IMG/VR virus record: IMGVR_UViG_3300037195_001681
Coordinates: 52,190-72,189 of that record
Reading direction: 5' to 3' (one strand)
DNA from: an uncultured virus (IMG/VR IMGVR_UViG_3300037195_001681)
Taxonomy: Duplodnaviria > Heunggongvirae > Uroviricota > Caudoviricetes > Schitoviridae
DNA: 20,000 nucleotides
This document shows positions 17,442 to 20,000 of the stretch, piece by piece. The notes under the pieces are model-generated. The model did not search any database, was not told the origin of the DNA, and saw nothing but the letters and a program-made list of their open reading frames with translations. Numbering within the stretch: position 1 is the stretch's first letter; each line of letters starts with the position of its first letter. A program made the position numbers and the translations under genes.

Positions 17442-18212
17442 TCAGCTGTTGCCGCCACCGAACAGACTCGTGCGGGGGGCGTTGCCACTAGCATTTCCGC
17501 CTGCCTGCGGAGCATTGCCACCGCCCGGACGCCCGGCATTGCCACCGACATTGGTCGTCTTGTCGCGGGTTTCACCGGTGTTCTTGGCGTCCCACTTGTC
17601 CCAGAATTCGGGTTCCTTGGCGCCGCCCTTGGCTTCGGCCACGGTCATCTTCGTCGCGGTGTTGAACACCTTGTCGATATTGTTGACCTCGCGGGTCGAA
17701 CCGTCGGCCTTCGGAACGTAATTGCCAGCACCGTCCTTCTCGGTCTGGTTCTCGATCGTCTTGAGGATCGCGACCGACACTTCCTGGCCGATGAGTTCGA
17801 CGGCCATTGGAACCGACTTCGGAAGCTCTTTCTGGGCTTCGTAATCGTAGATGTTCATGACCTTGTCTTCGAAGTCAATCTCGGACAGGGGTTTGCCGAC
17901 GGTGGCCAAGCACAGGTCTTCGACCGTGGTGAAGCCAGGGAGCGGGACCTTCTTGGTCTTGTCGTTCTTGTTGAGGTAGAAGTTCTCGCCCTTCTTGTTC
18001 GTGACGTAGATGGTCTCACGATATTCGGTCGAGCCGAAGTCGCCGCCTTCGAGGATCACGGTCATGTTGTGGGCACCACCGGAGCTCTGGCCGGCATAGG
18101 CTGCCTTGATCTTGCCGGTGTAGATACCGCTTTCGAGAGCGGAGTATCCGCCCAGGCGATCGCCGGTTTCTTCCATGCCATCGGTGTTCAGGTTGTTGAA
18201 GGGATTTCCCAT
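17442..18212 (-). CDS. ssb: N4-type single-stranded DNA-binding protein (gp45-like; the late-transcription activator in N4)
   Basis: 256 aa with N4-SSB-like segments (DRLGG...LESGIYTGKIKAAYAGQSSGGA, EYRETIYVTNKKGEN, VPLPGF, REVNNIDKVF) and a Gly-rich tail ending RTSLFGGGNS. Synteny after the gp44-like ATPase supports the call. Confidence 0.9.
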   Translation of the reverse strand: MGNPFNNLNTDGMEETGDRLGGYSALESGIYTGKIKAAYAGQSSGGAHNMTVILEGGDFGSTEYRETIYVTNKKGENFYLNKNDKTKKVPLPGFTTVEDLCLATVGKPLSEIDFEDKVMNIYDYEAQKELPKSVPMAVELIGQEVSVAILKTIENQTEKDGAGNYVPKADGSTREVNNIDKVFNTATKMTVAEAKGGAKEPEFWDKWDAKNTGETRDKTTNVGGNAGRPGGGNAPQAGGNASGNAPRTSLFGGGNS

Positions 18213-18297
18213 GTGAAGTCTCTCTTTCTTTCAGTTTTTCGAAGTTTTCTGCGTTTCAGGTTTTTTATTGCGTGACCTCCTAACGGTGGTCTTTTCC
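18213..18297 (-). promoter_or_regulatory. ssb 5' leader: short hairpin followed by an A-rich, largely unstructured tract
   Basis: The minus strand reads GACCACC-GTTA-GGAGGTC (18274-18291), then ACGCAATAAAAAACCTGAAACGCAGAAAACTTCGAAAAACTGAAAGAAAGAGAGACTTCAC-ATG. Confidence 0.45.
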
Positions 18298-19053
18298 TTA
18301 TTCGTAGAAAGCCTTCAGGTGATCCAGCAGGAGCTGGGCATCGGGATCGATGAAGGACTGCTCACGAGTGAACATCCCCATCGGCGACCGAATACGTTCG
18401 CCGACCGTGGTCTTGGTCAGACGGGTCTGGAAGACATGTTTGTAACCGAGGATTTCGTCGTCTTCCTCGATGTGAAGCAGGTCGGATGCGTAGGGTTCGA
18501 GATCCTTGAGGGTCATCTTCTTGGGAGAGACGACCGTCGAGAAGTAGGCTTCAACACCCTGGTTCTTGAGGGCACCCTTGATGGGTACCGAAGTCTCGAT
18601 CTCCATCGCCTTCTCATTGAGCACGTCAAGCGTGTGAGCGATGATCAGGACGGGTTTGCCGAACAGGGGTACCTTCTGCTGCATCAGCGTCTTGAAGAAT
18701 TGCTGATAGGCACCCCAGGCGGCCATGGTATTCGCAGAGCCCACGATATACTGGGTTTCGAACATGTCCATCAGGAAGGTGAGGCTGTCGACGATGATAC
18801 CGTCGTACTGAGCCACACCATCATTGGTGGCATAATCGAAGCCTTCATGGACCTGGTAGGGGTCCGTGATGGTATGGGCATCGAAATTGTTCTTGAACGG
18901 TAGACGCTTGCCGGCTTCGGTGTTCAAGTACATCCAGCGTTTCTGATCGCGGATATTCATCAGCGAAGTGCTCTTGCCCGTACCGGATTTGCCGGAGATG
19001 AGAACGAGCTGGTCGTTCTGTGCAGGTACACCATTGTTTTGATCGTCGGACAT
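18298..19053 (-). CDS. AAA-family P-loop ATPase, Sak4-like recombination/annealing protein (N4 gp44-like)
   Basis: 251 aa with Walker A GKSGTGKS, YLNTE, Walker B IIVDSLT, LIIAH and a C-terminal RSPMGMF. SD AAGGAG. Lies between primase and SSB. Confidence 0.85.
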   Translation of the reverse strand: MSDDQNNGVPAQNDQLVLISGKSGTGKSTSLMNIRDQKRWMYLNTEAGKRLPFKNNFDAHTITDPYQVHEGFDYATNDGVAQYDGIIVDSLTFLMDMFETQYIVGSANTMAAWGAYQQFFKTLMQQKVPLFGKPVLIIAHTLDVLNEKAMEIETSVPIKGALKNQGVEAYFSTVVSPKKMTLKDLEPYASDLLHIEEDDEILGYKHVFQTRLTKTTVGERIRSPMGMFTREQSFIDPDAQLLLDHLKAFYE

Positions 19054-19096
19054 TGTGAAATCTTCTCCTTTTTCGAAAGAAAGTCTGAATATTTGA

Positions 19097-20000
19097 TCAA
19101 GAAGAGGCGTAACGCTTTCCGACAGTGACCATAACAGTGCTGTCGATTTCGTTGTCCGAAAGCGGATTGCTAAGCTTTCCGTTGAAAGCCTTCACGGCCT
19201 TTTCAACTTCGAGCAACGGCATACCGCTGTCGACAAGAGCGAGAGCGAATTTGATCATGTTGTTGTTGCGATTGCCCATCGCGATCCGCTGAGCGAACCA
19301 GCGTTCCAGATTATCCAGACTTTCCAGCTTCTGGTTCCGAGTCTTGAAGGCTTCGTTGCGACTAGTCTTCGGAATGAAGTCCAGGGCGTCGATGAGCTCG
19401 CCTTCGAGATTATAGTGGTAGGACCCACCTTCAAAACTTTCCCATTTCTTCGATCGTTGGTTGGCAGCCGTATCAGTTTCGAATGGCAACCAGGCCATGA
19501 AGTGGTTCATGAATTCCTTGTATTCGTCGGAATCGAGTTCGAGGTGATAATTCATGGGCAGCATGAGCCGGAAGCGGTGTTCCTGCTCGGTATGACGCTT
19601 CGTCGTGTAGGTCATGAACTTGTACTCGGAGAGCAGCTCATGGACCTGTTCCAGTCGAACTCCACCATCCACGTCGATCACGATCATGTTGAAGCCGGGA
19701 GTGACGTTCTCCTCGGCACGATGGTAGTTACGGAAATGGTGGTTGGCCCAGTGGATCCCAGGTTCCTGGGTCACAAGATGCAGCTGATCAAACGGGGCTT
19801 TCTCACCGAGATAGTGATAGGCCCAGTGGTTGCTGTAGGAAATGATGATCTCGGAGAGGTCGGTTTCCTGAAGGGTTTCACCACGGAAGAATTCAATTCC
19901 ATCGACGAAGTTCTTCTTGATGATGATATTCTTTTTATATCCCCAGGCAGTTGCCAGGGTCATCATCTCGTTGCGAGCGGCGTTGCCCGACTTGTAGAAC
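19097..20000 (-). CDS. DNA primase (N4 gp43-like; AEP-type motifs plus C-terminal PriCT-like domain); 5' end lies outside the window
   Basis: The frame is open to the window edge (FYKSGNAARNEMMTLATAWGY...), so the ATG at 19966 is internal. Motifs VIDVDGG (DxD), YTTKRH and RFRLMLP, plus the PriCT-like GNRNNNMIKFALALVDSG. Confidence 0.88.
   Translation of the reverse strand, partial: FYKSGNAARNEMMTLATAWGYKKNIIIKKNFVDGIEFFRGETLQETDLSEIIISYSNHWAYHYLGEKAPFDQLHLVTQEPGIHWANHHFRNYHRAEENVTPGFNMIVIDVDGGVRLEQVHELLSEYKFMTYTTKRHTEQEHRFRLMLPMNYHLELDSDEYKEFMNHFMAWLPFETDTAANQRSKKWESFEGGSYHYNLEGELIDALDFIPKTSRNEAFKTRNQKLESLDNLERWFAQRIAMGNRNNNMIKFALALVDSGMPLLEVEKAVKAFNGKLSNPLSDNEIDSTVMVTVGKRYASS

Larger units (their letters stand above)
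1..20000. mobile_element. N4-like bacteriophage (Schitoviridae) genome segment, late/middle module junction
   Basis: Contains a giant single-subunit virion RNAP with N4-type motifs. Gene order (gp53-gp52-gp51-gp50 converging on primase-AAA ATPase-SSB-resolvase) matches recalled N4 synteny. No cellular housekeeping genes are present. Confidence 0.96.

Noticed and set aside
1..20000. N4 vRNAP hairpin promoters, tRNAs, CRISPR arrays, integrase/transposase, defence or anti-defence cassettes
   Set aside because: None were recognised. Intergenic spaces are short, and vRNAP promoters are expected in the early region outside this window.

Overview
The whole window is a segment of an N4-like podophage (Schitoviridae) genome, spanning the convergent junction between the late virion module and the middle replication module. 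On the + strand are four genes: a 5'-truncated N4 gp53-like virion protein, gp52-like and gp51-like ejection proteins, and a giant cysteine-free virion RNA polymerase (N4 gp50-like, about 3,580 aa). The polymerase appears as two ORFs only because of a 10-N scaffold gap at 11336-11345. On the - strand, reading from the right end, are a 5'-truncated primase (gp43-like), an AAA/Sak4-like ATPase (gp44-like), SSB (gp45-like), a RusA-like resolvase, an acidic low-complexity protein with an AT-hook, and a small two-TM membrane protein. The best leads are: (1) a muramidase domain in the gp51-like protein that looks circularly permuted and compositionally foreign; (2) an AT-hook protein carrying the same C-terminal SLFG tail as the SSB; (3) three 11-bp tandem repeats filling the spacer before the vRNAP start; (4) a strand-specific RNA stem with tandem G-A pairs, plus a terminator abutting the resolvase start codon; (5) an HExxH zincin domain in the vRNAP. 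All family assignments come from recalled motifs and synteny; no database search was run.
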